A DNA stretch of 64,000 nucleotides. Origin: Candidatus Eiseniibacteriota bacterium (GTDB lineage Bacteria > Eisenbacteria > RBG-16-71-46). The stretch spans positions 1 to 64,000 of the forward strand of contig CAVUWA010000005.1 in assembly GCA_963744995.1 (NCBI GenBank), in the 5' to 3' direction. The position numbers and the translations under genes are program-made. This document shows positions 1 through 9,759 of this stretch, in pieces. The notes beneath the pieces are model-generated. The model ran no database searches, had not been told where the DNA came from, and worked only from the letters and a program-made list of their open reading frames with translations. Numbering within the stretch: position 1 is the first letter of the stretch; each line of letters begins with the position of its first letter.

Positions 1-99
1 GATTAACAAAATGCCATAATCTTCGATCATCAGACGATCAACTTCGACCATTTGCTGAGTTGTGATAGCTGGAATTTTCGATTTGTCGACAAATCTTAT
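1..99 (-). CDS. 5' part of a probable NAD(P)H-hydrate epimerase (YjeF_N/NnrE-like); runs off the window edge, start codon unclear
   Basis: Manual minus-strand translation gives FVDKSKIPAITTQQMVEVDRLMIEDYGILLI, matching the 'T..QM.EVDR..IE.YGI' N-terminus of YjeF_N proteins; not in the ORF track. Confidence 0.6.
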   Translation of the reverse strand, partial: MRFVDKSKIPAITTQQMVEVDRLMIEDYGILLI

Positions 100-126
100 T
101 CTCCCGTAGAAATTCCTTAAAGGTAA

Positions 127-279
127 TCACCCCCTAGCCATACGCCACCCTATTGCGCAGACTTGGATGCTGGTGTATTCTGCCAGGAATGGAATCCCCA
201 ACTTTTCTGCCTTATCGTATGCTTCAAAAGCCCTGGAACAAACAAATGCTTGCTTTTGCCATAATACTCTAACTTTCAT
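127..279 (-). CDS. Possible 50-aa small protein
   Basis: ATG overlaps the DUF427 stop (ATGA); translates MKVRVLWQKQAFVCSRAFEAYDKAEKLGIPFLAEYTSIQVCAIGWRMARG; no family recognised. Confidence 0.25.
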   Translation of the reverse strand: MKVRVLWQKQAFVCSRAFEAYDKAEKLGIPFLAEYTSIQVCAIGWRMARG

Positions 280-596
280 GAACGCAGAACGCTTTTGGCC
301 TGCTCATCGATAACTTTCTGCACTTTTACACCATGCCAAAAAGCCACGTAATCCTTGATCTGTCTGGCGGCTTCTTTCGGAGCAGGATAGTACCAGGCTG
401 CATCCTTATTTACTGCTCCATTCACCTGGACATCGTAATAGCTTGCCAGTCCCTTCCAGGGGCAGGTTGTATGTGAATTGCTTTTGCGGAAGAACTCCCT
501 GGCGATCGAATCGGGCGGAAAGTAATGATTGCCCTCCACAACAATGGTTCGATCGCTTTCTGCTAAAACCTCTCCATTCCATATCGCTCTGTACAT
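276..596 (-). CDS. DUF427 (NTP_transf_9) protein
   Basis: MYRAIWNGEVLAESD..VEGNHYFP..T.CPWKG.ASYY..DAAWYYP.PK signature; ATG 596 preferred over 653. Confidence 0.9.
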   Translation of the reverse strand: MYRAIWNGEVLAESDRTIVVEGNHYFPPDSIAREFFRKSNSHTTCPWKGLASYYDVQVNGAVNKDAAWYYPAPKEAARQIKDYVAFWHGVKVQKVIDEQAKSVLRS

Positions 597-746
597 GTGT
601 TGTCGCTCCTGTTGCGTAATTTCCTTTAGGCGTGCATCAGACCTGGGTTTCATACCAGGCCTGATGTTATTCGTTGACCCGGTTCACCGATGTGATCACG
701 ACGGTAACTTATTCCTGTCGCGGATCACATCTACGCTTGTACGAAG

Positions 747-1313
747 TTAGCTATGGCTATGACCTTGCACGGTCATTCTGTCTTCAACTTGTGCTTCGGC
801 GAGATCGTGTTTGGGTTTAAGAATCGACACGTACCCGCCAATCATGGTGCCAAAGAAGAAGGTATGCGCAATGAAGCCGTTCCAAAACTGGTTCACCATG
901 GTGAACTGCGGGAAGAGTATCGGGGCAAGGATCAGGAAGTCCACCACCCACAAGGCTAACCCAAAAAGCGAGCCGTATACCAGCAGGCGACCAGTTGAAG
1001 CCTGGGCCTGCCTCAACGCAGCCAATAAGTAAATGAAGATTAGGCCGAACATCATCGACATGACCATATGCACGATCAACCCGACAATCGCAGCGGAAGC
1101 GAGCGGATATGTCGGTGCAAGGGCCTGTTGGCCTAATATAATCGACCCAATTAATCTCAATGGTCCAAAGAAGGGTTTCCCCATCAACACGTTCAGGATC
1201 ATTTCTGCCATCGCAAAGATGATTCCGGAGATGATGCCGCCTGCAACACCTTGCCAAAACAGGCGAACTTTTAGCTTCTGTTCAATTGTCTTCTGATTTA
1301 TAATAACCTCCAA
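747..1313 (-). CDS. Membrane protein, about 4 transmembrane helices
   Basis: Four hydrophobic segments with intramembrane His (GLIVHMVMS..FG, FIAHTFFFG). Confidence 0.75.
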   Translation of the reverse strand: MEVIINQKTIEQKLKVRLFWQGVAGGIISGIIFAMAEMILNVLMGKPFFGPLRLIGSIILGQQALAPTYPLASAAIVGLIVHMVMSMMFGLIFIYLLAALRQAQASTGRLLVYGSLFGLALWVVDFLILAPILFPQFTMVNQFWNGFIAHTFFFGTMIGGYVSILKPKHDLAEAQVEDRMTVQGHSHS

Positions 1314-1549
1314 ATCGCGTCATCAAAATCTGTTGTTACGATCCACTTCCCCAATCCGGCGGCCTATTGGCGAAACCAGGATGAGCTCGATCACTGGCCG
1401 GTTCATTCCTCAGTCGCAGATCGTTAGCTAGCCCCCGGCCTTTTGTCTTAAAGGACTTCACCGCAAATAAATATCTTACCGAGGAATTTTTCGTTTCCGT
1501 AGCTTTTTGTGAGGTTGTATGCATCGATCGTTTATAATGGATATTTGCA

Positions 1550-2188
1550 ATGGGAACCCGCAGCAACGAAGAATGGATATCTGCTTTACAAAAAGCCGGT
1601 CCGGAACAGGAAGCGGCTCTATCTGATTTGCATGCCACCATTTTGGCTGGTTTCCCATACGCCTTATCCAAATATCTTTCATCTGACAATCCAAACTTCG
1701 GTTCCTTAGCCGAAAATACAGCCCAGGAAACATTGCTGCGCGTCTTGGATAAATTGGAGAGCTTCGAAGGTCGTAGCCAATTCACGACCTGGGTGCATAA
1801 AATCGCTATCCGTATCGCCTTGACCGAACTGCGTCGAAAACGTTGGGAAAATGTTTCCCTGGAAGGGCTCTTGGAGGACGAGGAGCATTACACACCTGCA
1901 GGTTTCCTGGCTGATTCCAAACCCGGTCCCGAAGCAATTGTAGAGGGAGCTGATCTCATGGCGCGTATCCAGCGCATGATGATGGAGGAATTGACTGATA
2001 AGCAACGGCAGGCAATGATGGCGGTCAGCGTGAAAGGTATGCCGATCGAAGAGGTGGCCAGGCGGATGGGCACTAATCGGAATGCCTTGTACAAGTTGAT
2101 GCACGACGGGCGCTTGCGTTTAAAAAATCGCCTGGCCCGCGAGGGGCTCACGCCAGAGGATGTCCTGTCGGTTTTTGAACAAGAGTAA
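1550..2188 (+). CDS. ECF sigma-70 factor
   Basis: Region 2 (AQETLLRV..L.SFEGRSQFTTW.HKIA) and region 4 (LTDKQRQA..EEVARRMGTNRNALYKL.HDGR). Confidence 0.93.
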   Translation: MGTRSNEEWISALQKAGPEQEAALSDLHATILAGFPYALSKYLSSDNPNFGSLAENTAQETLLRVLDKLESFEGRSQFTTWVHKIAIRIALTELRRKRWENVSLEGLLEDEEHYTPAGFLADSKPGPEAIVEGADLMARIQRMMMEELTDKQRQAMMAVSVKGMPIEEVARRMGTNRNALYKLMHDGRLRLKNRLAREGLTPEDVLSVFEQE

Positions 2189-2254
2189 GAAATTCACCTC
2201 TGATTGTGTCTGGTGATTGGAGACCAATGATGACGATTAGCGAGCGTTAAGGTT

Positions 2255-2545
2255 TTGCTGCAATGGTTCAAATCGAGCAAAGCCCACACGGATGGGCAAC
2301 CTCCATCACCCCAGGCTCGAGAAGCCTTGCAGATCATGCTCCGTAAAATCGGGCAGACCCAGGAAGTTGAGTTGACTTGTGGGGAAATTTTCGATTTATT
2401 GGATCAATATACAGAAATGGTCGTAAACGGTAAGGATGTGACCCAATTGATGCCGCTGGTCAAGCAGCATTTGGATATGTGCGCGGATTGTCGTGAAGAA
2501 TTTGAAGCCTTACTAAAAGTGTTGCAAAGCTCTCCAGCCTTATGA
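2255..2545 (+). CDS. Small zinc-finger (zf-HC2/ZAS) anti-sigma factor
   Basis: C..(LTCGE)..HLDMCADC HxxxCxxC motif, directly after the ECF sigma gene. Confidence 0.8.
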   Translation: MLQWFKSSKAHTDGQPPSPQAREALQIMLRKIGQTQEVELTCGEIFDLLDQYTEMVVNGKDVTQLMPLVKQHLDMCADCREEFEALLKVLQSSPAL

Positions 2546-2890
2546 ACGACCCCACGCTTGTTGCCAGGTATAACTACGACGAGTTCATCCCCTCCAAGTT
2601 CGAAAGGTGGCTGAATTTCGAAGCCAGCCCAACATTAGGTCAACCTGCGCCCGATTTCCCTTGTGGCATTCGATTTTTCTCTATACCTACGATGGCCCAT
2701 CCAGGCGAAAACTATCCCCATCTGACACCTATGGAGCAAAAATTCCGGCATGCTCGTGACTTGCGCGATAATCCTCGGATTGACACGCCCAATCCTGGCC
2801 GACGCTTTGGATGGCGCCTGCCACCGTGCCTATGGATCGATGCCAAATATGACCTGGATCTTTACTCGTGCTGGTATCCCGGTTTATCCT
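2542..2890 (+). pseudogene. Iodothyronine-deiodinase/peroxiredoxin-like thioredoxin-fold gene remnant
   Basis: YNYDEF..LGQPAPDFP, then SIFLYT/AHPGENYPH, then RPILADALDGACHRAYGSMPNMTWI in different frames; redox motif segment missing; 3' end truncated. Confidence 0.7.
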
Positions 2891-2988
2891 CAAACAGCAC
2901 AGTTTTCCAACCCGCTCCAGCCAGGGCAGTTGTCAAAAGCACGCCAGCCTGACCCGCTTAAAATAATCACGGCCTCAAACTTATCCAC
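2883..2988 (-). pseudogene. 5' stub of a MerA/dihydrolipoamide-dehydrogenase-like FAD oxidoreductase
   Basis: GGAGG RBS then GTG; with one frameshift reads MDKFEAVIILSGQAGVLLTTALAGAGWKTVLFEDK, a degenerate FAD-binding Rossmann start. Confidence 0.6.
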
Positions 2989-3203
2989 GATTTCCTCCCG
3001 CTGTATCCCTATAATCTAGCACCTCAAACCCTCCCAAAGGAATTATGAGAAGTGTGGCAGGATTCTTTCCCATTCTAATTGTAAGAATTTGTATTTATCA
3101 CTCATCCTTATCATAGGGGAACCCTTATCAATGACCGGTTGTTATGACCTTTGCTCTGTTAGCAGCATCCTTCGGTCTGGAAAATAGCGTTTAGAGGTGT
3201 GGG

Positions 3204-3764
3204 ATGAAGGGAAGAAAAATCGTACTGCCTTTGTTAGCCATTGGGGGATTCACAATTGCCTTTGCTCTCCTTAATACCTTTCTTAGATCTGAGAGCGCGG
3301 TCCTACCAAAAACTATTTCAACAGGCACATCTGTTGGTCAACGAGCGCCAGATTTTCAGGGGCAGACTCTGGGTGGGGAGACAGTTCGCCTGAGTGATCT
3401 AAAAGGTGAAATTGTGGTGCTTAACGAATTCGCCTCCTGGTGTGCTCCTTGCCTGCTGGAAACCCCTTATTTAGTGGCTGCTTCTCAATCCAATCCAGAT
3501 GGAGTTGTTTTTGTCGGATTGAATGTGCTGGAAAATTCCAACGCAGTTAGCTATTACAAAGATGAATTTCAGGTGCCCTATCCGCTGGTTTTGGATCCGC
3601 AAGGCGAGATCACCGGCGTATATGAGCCGGTTGGCATCCCTACCAGTTGGTTTATCGATGCGGAAGGGATCGTTCGCTACGTGCATTCGGGTCCAATGAC
3701 TGGGGAAATGATCCAACAAGTATTGGATAGCATCAGATCCGGAAAATCGATCAATGGAATGTAG
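3204..3764 (+). CDS. TlpA/ResA-family thiol-disulfide reductase
   Basis: N-terminal TM anchor, GQRAPDF, ASWCAPC, cis-Pro GIPTSWFID. Confidence 0.92.
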   Translation: MKGRKIVLPLLAIGGFTIAFALLNTFLRSESAVLPKTISTGTSVGQRAPDFQGQTLGGETVRLSDLKGEIVVLNEFASWCAPCLLETPYLVAASQSNPDGVVFVGLNVLENSNAVSYYKDEFQVPYPLVLDPQGEITGVYEPVGIPTSWFIDAEGIVRYVHSGPMTGEMIQQVLDSIRSGKSINGM

Positions 3765-3830
3765 CTTCCATCTGCAAATTGGTTTTTGAAAGGGAAATGG
3801 ATTGTGATAAAGCAAACGCAAATACATGAA

Positions 3831-5352
3831 ATGCCACCTGTGACGAAAAAGAAGGATGCCGATTACGTCTTTTTTGAGTTGACCCGTAGTATCTGCCCGA
3901 AATGCGGGCGGATAATTGATGCCCATATCCTGCTGCGGGACGATAAAGTGTACATGCGCAAACGCTGCCCTGAACATGGCATCTTTGAGGCGCTGGTCTA
4001 CGCAGACGCCCAGGCTTATGCAAATTCGCTAAAATTCAACAAGCCAGGGACAATTCCCCTTCATTATTCCACCGAGATCGAGCGCGGCTGTCCTTTCGAC
4101 TGCGGTCTGTGTCCTGAGCATCAGCAACACGCTTGCCTGGGCATCATCGAAGTGAATAGCGCCTGCAACATGGACTGTCCGCTGTGCTTTGTGACGCCGG
4201 AGGAGGATTTAACCTGACATTGGAAGAAGTCGAAGGCATCCTCGATCATTTCGTAGAGACGGAAGGCCATCCGGAAGTCGTGCAATTCTCCGGTGGAGAA
4301 CCGTCTATCCATCCTCAGATTATCCCCATGCTGGAGGCAGCGAAAGCACGCGGCATCCAGTACGCGATGCTCAACACCAACGGCAAGCGCATAGCCAACG
4401 ACGATCTATTCCTCGAGCAATTGGCGGAGGATACGGCCAGTCATCTACTTTCAATTCGACGGCTTCGACTTCGAGACTTACCGCATCCTGCGCGGGGAGC
4501 CGGACATCCTGCCGGAGAAATTGCGCGCCCTGGATCGCCTGGCTGGTATCGGCTGTGAAGTGGTGCTGGTGCCCGCCATCGAACGGGGTGTGAACGAACA
4601 CGAGGTCGGGCGCATCATCCAATTCGGCATTGAACATCCGGCTGTCCACGGCATCAATTTCCAGCCTGCTTTCCACTCCGGACGGCACGATAGAGCGCGA
4701 TCCGCTGCTGCGTATGACCATTCCGGATGTCATTCGTTCCATTGAAGCGCAATCGGACGGAACGTTCAAAACGAGTGATTTTGTACCGGTGCCATGCTGC
4801 TTTCCAACCTGCAATTCGGTAACTTACGCTTATATTGATGGAGACAGTATCCTGCCTCTGCCACGCCTGTTGAATGTTGATGACTATCTCGATTACATTA
4901 CCAACCGTGTCCTACCCGACCTGGGATCGGAACTGAAGGCAGCTTTGGAAGGACTATGGTCATCCTCAGCCGTGCCCGGATCCGATCGGGTAGCCCAGCA
5001 GTTTGCCCTCTCTTGCGCAGCTTGCGGCCTGGTGGACGGTGGATTGGATCTCGGCGTCTTCGCCAATCACATATTTACGATCATGCTACAGGACTTTATG
5101 GATCGATGGACCTTCAACCAGAAGAATCTGATGAAGTGCTGTAAGGAGATCCTGCTGCCGGATGGCAAACAGATCCCCTTCTGCGCCTACAACAACGTGG
5201 GCTATCGCGAACAAGCCAGGATAAGCTGACGGCGCGCCAGATAGCGTGCGGTCACGCCGAGAGGCCGAGGAGAGGTATATAACCCGCAGCCGCTTACCTT
5301 TACCTTTGGGAAATTAATCCCGGAAAATAGAAACGGAAAGTTGAAACGATAG
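3831..5352 (+). pseudogene. Radical SAM enzyme of the MJ0619/Tes (GDGT-MAS)/TrsS family, several frameshifts
   Basis: N-terminal CPKC..CPEHG, GCPFDCGLCPEH, CNMDCPLC (CxxxCxxC), FSGGEP, NTNG, C-terminal QDFMD..KCC..IPFCAYN spread over four ORFs; a further frame continues to TAG 5352, 1 nt before the next ATG. Confidence 0.85.
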
Positions 5353-5353
5353 G

Positions 5354-6141
5354 ATGGACCGACTTGCAGAAAATGACGTGATCAAGGCCTGCTGTGCCAG
5401 GCTTTATGAGAGCAATTGGCGGCGGCCGCTCGTTAAAGGTGATGTGTTCCATCCAGGCGGGTTAGCCCTCACCCAGCGGCTTGGAAGATTGCTCGATCTG
5501 CAATCCAATTCCCGTGTGCTGGACGTGGCCGCCGGAAAAGGCACCAGCGCCATTTACCTCGCCCAACATTTTGGCTGCCGGGTCGTGGGGATAGAGTATA
5601 GCTTGAAGAACGTGGAGGGCAGCCAGTTCCGCAGCAGAGGCTGCCGGAGTGTCCGATCAGGTTAAATTCAAAATGGGTGATGCCGAATTGCTGCCTTTCG
5701 GGGACGGTGAGTTTGATGCCTTGATCTGCGAATGCGCCTTTTGTACGTTTACAGATAAAAGCGCCGCGGCTTTCGAGTTCGGGCGAGTATTGCGTCCCGG
5801 CGGGCGTTTGGGTTTGAGCGATGTTACCCGCGCCGTTGGCCTTCCCCGCGAACTTAGCGGTTTGCTGGCCTGGATTGCCTGCCTGGGTGATGCCCAACCG
5901 GTGGAACGGTACGCAAATTATCTCAGCAAAGCCGGCCTGGTGATCCAAGGAGTTGAGAACCACGATGATGCTTTGAGTGAAATGGTGAAAGAATACCGGG
6001 AAAACCGGGCTTGGCGCCGAGCTGCTGGTGAGACTCGAGAAGCTCGAACTGCCCGGCGTGGATTTTGAGGCAGCCAGACAAGTTGCAAGGGCAGCCTCCA
6101 AAGCAGTTGAAAATGGGCAGCTTGGTTATTCCTTGATTTAG
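5354..6141 (+). pseudogene. Class I SAM methyltransferase (DVU_1556/ArsM-like), frameshifted
   Basis: CCARLY, HPGGLALT, VLDVAAGKG, GDAELLPF.D.EFD..CECAFC, RVLRPGGRL.LSD, WIACLGDA in successive frames; 3' end approximate. Confidence 0.82.
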
Positions 6142-6191
6142 CAAAAAATCATCCGAATGAAACCGAAACGATTAAACATTTGACAGAATTT

Positions 6192-6227
6192 GCAGGGCAG
6201 GTGAACTTCCACTGCCCTGCTTCCTTT
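6192..6227 (+). terminator. Probable intrinsic terminator
   Basis: GCAGGGCAG-N11-CTGCCCTGC stem followed by TTCCTTT, after the methyltransferase. Confidence 0.5.
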
Positions 6228-6370
6228 GGACCGTTGTAATGTCTAAGCTCGCTTTGCTAGCGGAATAAACACAAATGATGTGATCAGACCGTAGATTACG
6301 TGGCCCATCAAGCTCAGCCATTGGGTTTGGCCGATTACAAAAACCATCTTTGTCATTCCGAGTAGGAAAA

Positions 6371-7298
6371 TTATTTCGCTTTCAATCCCCAATCATAATG
6401 GAAGTATGCGAGTAGGGTAAGCTGCCGCAAATTTTGGAGCAGAAACTGCTTGCGCTGGTCATCCGGAAGATACGTGATCAAGAAGTTCAAAATGCCGGGA
6501 CGCCCTCCGAAATCTCCCTGATACCATTGGAATATTTTAGATAGATAAACAAGCTTCTTCTTAGGATCTATCTCCACTTTCGAGCTTACAAAGTTACGTG
6601 CTGCAAGTTCTAGCTGCGCGTCGAGCCTATCAGCTGCATAAACTTGTATAGGTGGGCATGAGTGGCTGCCACAATTCAATGCAAAGTGAATTCTTCGAGT
6701 TGAGTGGCAAACACCACGCCAGTCTTGGATCATCTGAACGGAATCCAGGTCCCGGAAGGATGGGATGTCCCCGGTTGCCGCGGAGGATTCGACATATGTT
6801 CGATCTGCTCCAGGCTCACCCTCTTCCCATCTATCCGGTAAGCAGCCCGGCGAAAGAAAGTAATGACGCCCAACTTTCCTTCCGTGACGCTTTGTTGGAC
6901 GTCGAAGGCGATGACTGCATCAATCAAAAGGGCGTTGTAAATATTGATCCAAAACGCCCGTTGTGCTGAAATCGTTAGAAGCTTTTCGGGCTGGTAGACC
7001 CTGGAGCAATGCGGAACACTTTTGCCGGTATTCTTCATACTCCTGGCTGGCGTGGCAACCCCGCATAATCCACCTTCCCGCCTGGCTCATCCATGTCGAT
7101 TGCCTTCAATCGATCCATGGCCTGCTTTAATTCCACCGATAGGTCGGATGGGTAGGGGGGATCCCGAGGGAAAGCGGCATTGAGTTCAACACATTGGACG
7201 GATTTGGCGAGACGAGTACCCCCAGGATACGCTCTCGAAATCCTATAAAGACATTCGTCCTGGATGAAGGATAAGACACCCCTCCAGGATGAGTCCAT
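6371..7298 (-). pseudogene. DUF547 domain protein, frameshifted
   Basis: KVDYAGL, AFWINIYNAL, RIHFALNCGSHSCPPI, LSKIFQWYQGDF, YDWGL across three ORFs. Confidence 0.85.
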
Positions 7299-7399
7299 TT
7301 TCCCCAGGCCTTTATTAACCGTATTCAATAGTTGCGCCTTTACTGGCTTCAACCAGCAACCGGATGGGCAATCTCCAGAAGCTTCTCTGGCTTTGGCTT

Positions 7400-8914
7400 T
7401 CAAAGCTGGAGCCGGCAAGCACGCCGCGCGCGCACCACGCGGCGCGCCGCCGTCCGAATGCTGCGCCCGTCCATCTCTCTCAGTAGATCGACCGCCCGCT
7501 CGCGATCGTGCAGCACCGAGTCGGCGAGCCCCGCCGCGCGGAGCCCGGCCGCCTGTCCTTCCGGGGAGCGCGGATAGCGCCGCCAGAACGCCGTCAGCGC
7601 GTCCACCGCCTCCCCCGGCGGCCCGATGAGCGCGAGCAGACGTGCCCTCATCTCGCGCGCCTCGAACTGCACGTCGATATCGCGCTGCCTCAGGATCAGC
7701 CGGTCCAGCGCGTCTACGGCGCGCCGTCCCTCCATCTCCGCCATGTCGGACTGACCATGGGCCGCATGGTACTCCACGATCCGCCCCATTGCCTGAATCC
7801 CGAGCCGGTGGGTCGGGTAGGCTGCGGTCAGCGCCCGATACTCCGTGCGCGCCTCTTCCCAGCGGCCCGCCGCCTCGAGGGTGCGGCCGCGCAGCCAGCG
7901 CGCCCGCGCCGCCTGTTCGATCGCATTCGGATAGTCGTCCGCCACCGCGTCCCACTGCGCGATCGCCGAGTCGACATGGCCCTCGGCCGCGAAGGCGCGG
8001 CCGCGGACGAGCCGGGCCTCGAGCCGGGTCTCGATTCGCGGCGCCGTGATCAACGTATCGACGAACACGAATGCCGAGTCGGGCGTGCCCGCCGCGATCG
8101 CGGCGTCGGCCATCTCCAGCCGGAAACGCGCCGCGTCCTGGCCGTCCGGTTCGGCGGCCAGCGCATGCCGCCAGGCGACCGCCGCCTCGGCCGCGCGGCC
8201 GTCCGCGCCGAGCGCCTCGGCGACCGCTTCCCACCCCGCCGCGGCGCGGCGCGGGACACGCTCCTCCGCCAGCCAGCGCTCGAGCTTCGCCACCCCGGCC
8301 TCCAGCACCACGTGCGCGCGACCTGCTGCGCCGAGCTCCCGGGCCAGCGCCGCCGCGCGCCGCGGCGCCTCGAGCACCTCGCCCACCACCTGCCCGGAGG
8401 CGCTCACAGGGTCGAACGACCGGGCGACCCGCTCCCATGCTTCCACGGCCGCTTCGCTCCTCCCGGCGCCCTCCAGCACCCGCGCGCGCGCGACCGCGGC
8501 GTCGAGCGCCACCGCGGGCACGCCACCCCAGTCGGCGAGCGTCCGGTCGTAGATCGCCAGCGCCGAGTCGGGCGCGTTTCGCAACTCGGCGATCCGGCCG
8601 AGCGCGAGTGCCGCCCGGCCCGCTTCGCGCGCGACGTCCCGCGCGCGCGGCTGCTCGAGCCGCCCGGGCGCCGCCCAGGTGGCCGCCGGGAATTCAGCGA
8701 GCAGCCGGCGGCAGGCGCGCTCGGCCCGCGCATAGTCGCCGGCCGACGCCAGCTGCGGCTGGATCGTGATGCGCTCGATGTCGCGATGGACCGCCCACAT
8801 GCCGCGCTCGGCGCGGAAGCGTGCCCAGAGCACGGGGTCGCCGCACCCGGAGAGCAACGGTGCGAGGACCGCGAGCAGCGCCGCTGCCGCCCGCCCGGTG
8901 CGGCGCACGTTCAT
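7400..8914 (-). CDS. TPR-repeat lipoprotein; C-terminus probably cut at the GC junction
   Basis: ATG 8914 (ATGA overlap), lipobox LLSGC, TPR-like helices (AIAQWDAVADDYP, EYRALTAAYP, FWRRYPRSPE). Confidence 0.8.
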   Translation of the reverse strand: MNVRRTGRAAAALLAVLAPLLSGCGDPVLWARFRAERGMWAVHRDIERITIQPQLASAGDYARAERACRRLLAEFPAATWAAPGRLEQPRARDVAREAGRAALALGRIAELRNAPDSALAIYDRTLADWGGVPAVALDAAVARARVLEGAGRSEAAVEAWERVARSFDPVSASGQVVGEVLEAPRRAAALARELGAAGRAHVVLEAGVAKLERWLAEERVPRRAAAGWEAVAEALGADGRAAEAAVAWRHALAAEPDGQDAARFRLEMADAAIAAGTPDSAFVFVDTLITAPRIETRLEARLVRGRAFAAEGHVDSAIAQWDAVADDYPNAIEQAARARWLRGRTLEAAGRWEEARTEYRALTAAYPTHRLGIQAMGRIVEYHAAHGQSDMAEMEGRRAVDALDRLILRQRDIDVQFEAREMRARLLALIGPPGEAVDALTAFWRRYPRSPEGQAAGLRAAGLADSVLHDRERAVDLLREMDGRSIRTAARRVVRARRACRLQL

Positions 8915-9759
8915 GGGTTTCCCCGCGCCGGACGGCGGGCGATGCCGCCCAGGAACACCAGCGTGGTCGCCCCCGAGAGCAGGAACCCGCAAACGAGGGC
9001 CACCAGCAGCTGGGCGAAGGTCATGACCGCGAGCAGTTCCGGCCGGCCGCGGGCGACGATCAGATGCCCCGCCCCGGCGAGCAGGTTGAGCGGCAACAGC
9101 GGCAGCACGAGCAGCATGCCGAGCGTCAGCGCGGCCCAGAATCCCTGCCGCCAGGTGTGCGGCAGCGAGCGCAACGTGCCCGGCCAGCCGCGCCCCTCGA
9201 TCACGACCAGCGCCGCGACATAGAGGAATACCGACTGCAGCAGCACCGATCCCGCGATCGAGAGCACGTACGCGGCGCGGCCCACCAGTCCGCCGTGTCC
9301 CCCGAGCGCGCCGCCGAGGACGAACGACCAGCCCCAGGCCAGCAGATGATAGGGCAGATAGCCGAGGACCAGCGGCAGCGTGCGACGCAGCGCGGTCGCC
9401 AGCGCCGCGCCCGGCGCCGGCGGGCGGGCGAGGAAGGCGTCGCGGAACAGCGCCGTGGAGGCGCCCAGCACCACCGCTCCCGGCAGCGCCGCGATCGCCA
9501 GGTCCAGGCGCCCGTACAGCGCGGGCAGCGCCAGGAACAGCTCGGGGTAGTGCAGCGCGTGCGCCCCCGCCAGCCGCGCGACCAGCGGCGCCATGACCGC
9601 GGAGATCGCCGGGTGCGCGGCGAAGCACAGCGCGAACAGCGCGCCCAGCTGCACCAGGCCGAGCAGCAACCATGGCACCCACAGCGCCGGGCGCGCCATC
9701 TGCCCGAGCGCGAAGCGCAGCGACTGCAGCGCGATCGCCATCTGCTCGAAGAGGTTCAA
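8911..9759 (-). CDS. Polytopic membrane protein of unknown function
   Basis: TTG start overlapping the EpsI stop (TTGA); about 6 hydrophobic segments. Confidence 0.75.
   Translation of the reverse strand: MNLFEQMAIALQSLRFALGQMARPALWVPWLLLGLVQLGALFALCFAAHPAISAVMAPLVARLAGAHALHYPELFLALPALYGRLDLAIAALPGAVVLGASTALFRDAFLARPPAPGAALATALRRTLPLVLGYLPYHLLAWGWSFVLGGALGGHGGLVGRAAYVLSIAGSVLLQSVFLYVAALVVIEGRGWPGTLRSLPHTWRQGFWAALTLGMLLVLPLLPLNLLAGAGHLIVARGRPELLAVMTFAQLLVALVCGFLLSGATTLVFLGGIARRPARGNP

Noticed and set aside
3831..7298. Programmed frameshifting or selenocysteine read-through explaining the broken genes
   Set aside because: Breaks are numerous, affect unrelated genes, and are frame changes rather than in-frame TGA codons; error or decay is simpler
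7035..8438. 467-aa minus ORF crossing the GC junction
   Set aside because: A shadow frame of the TPR gene running by chance into the DUF547 N-terminus
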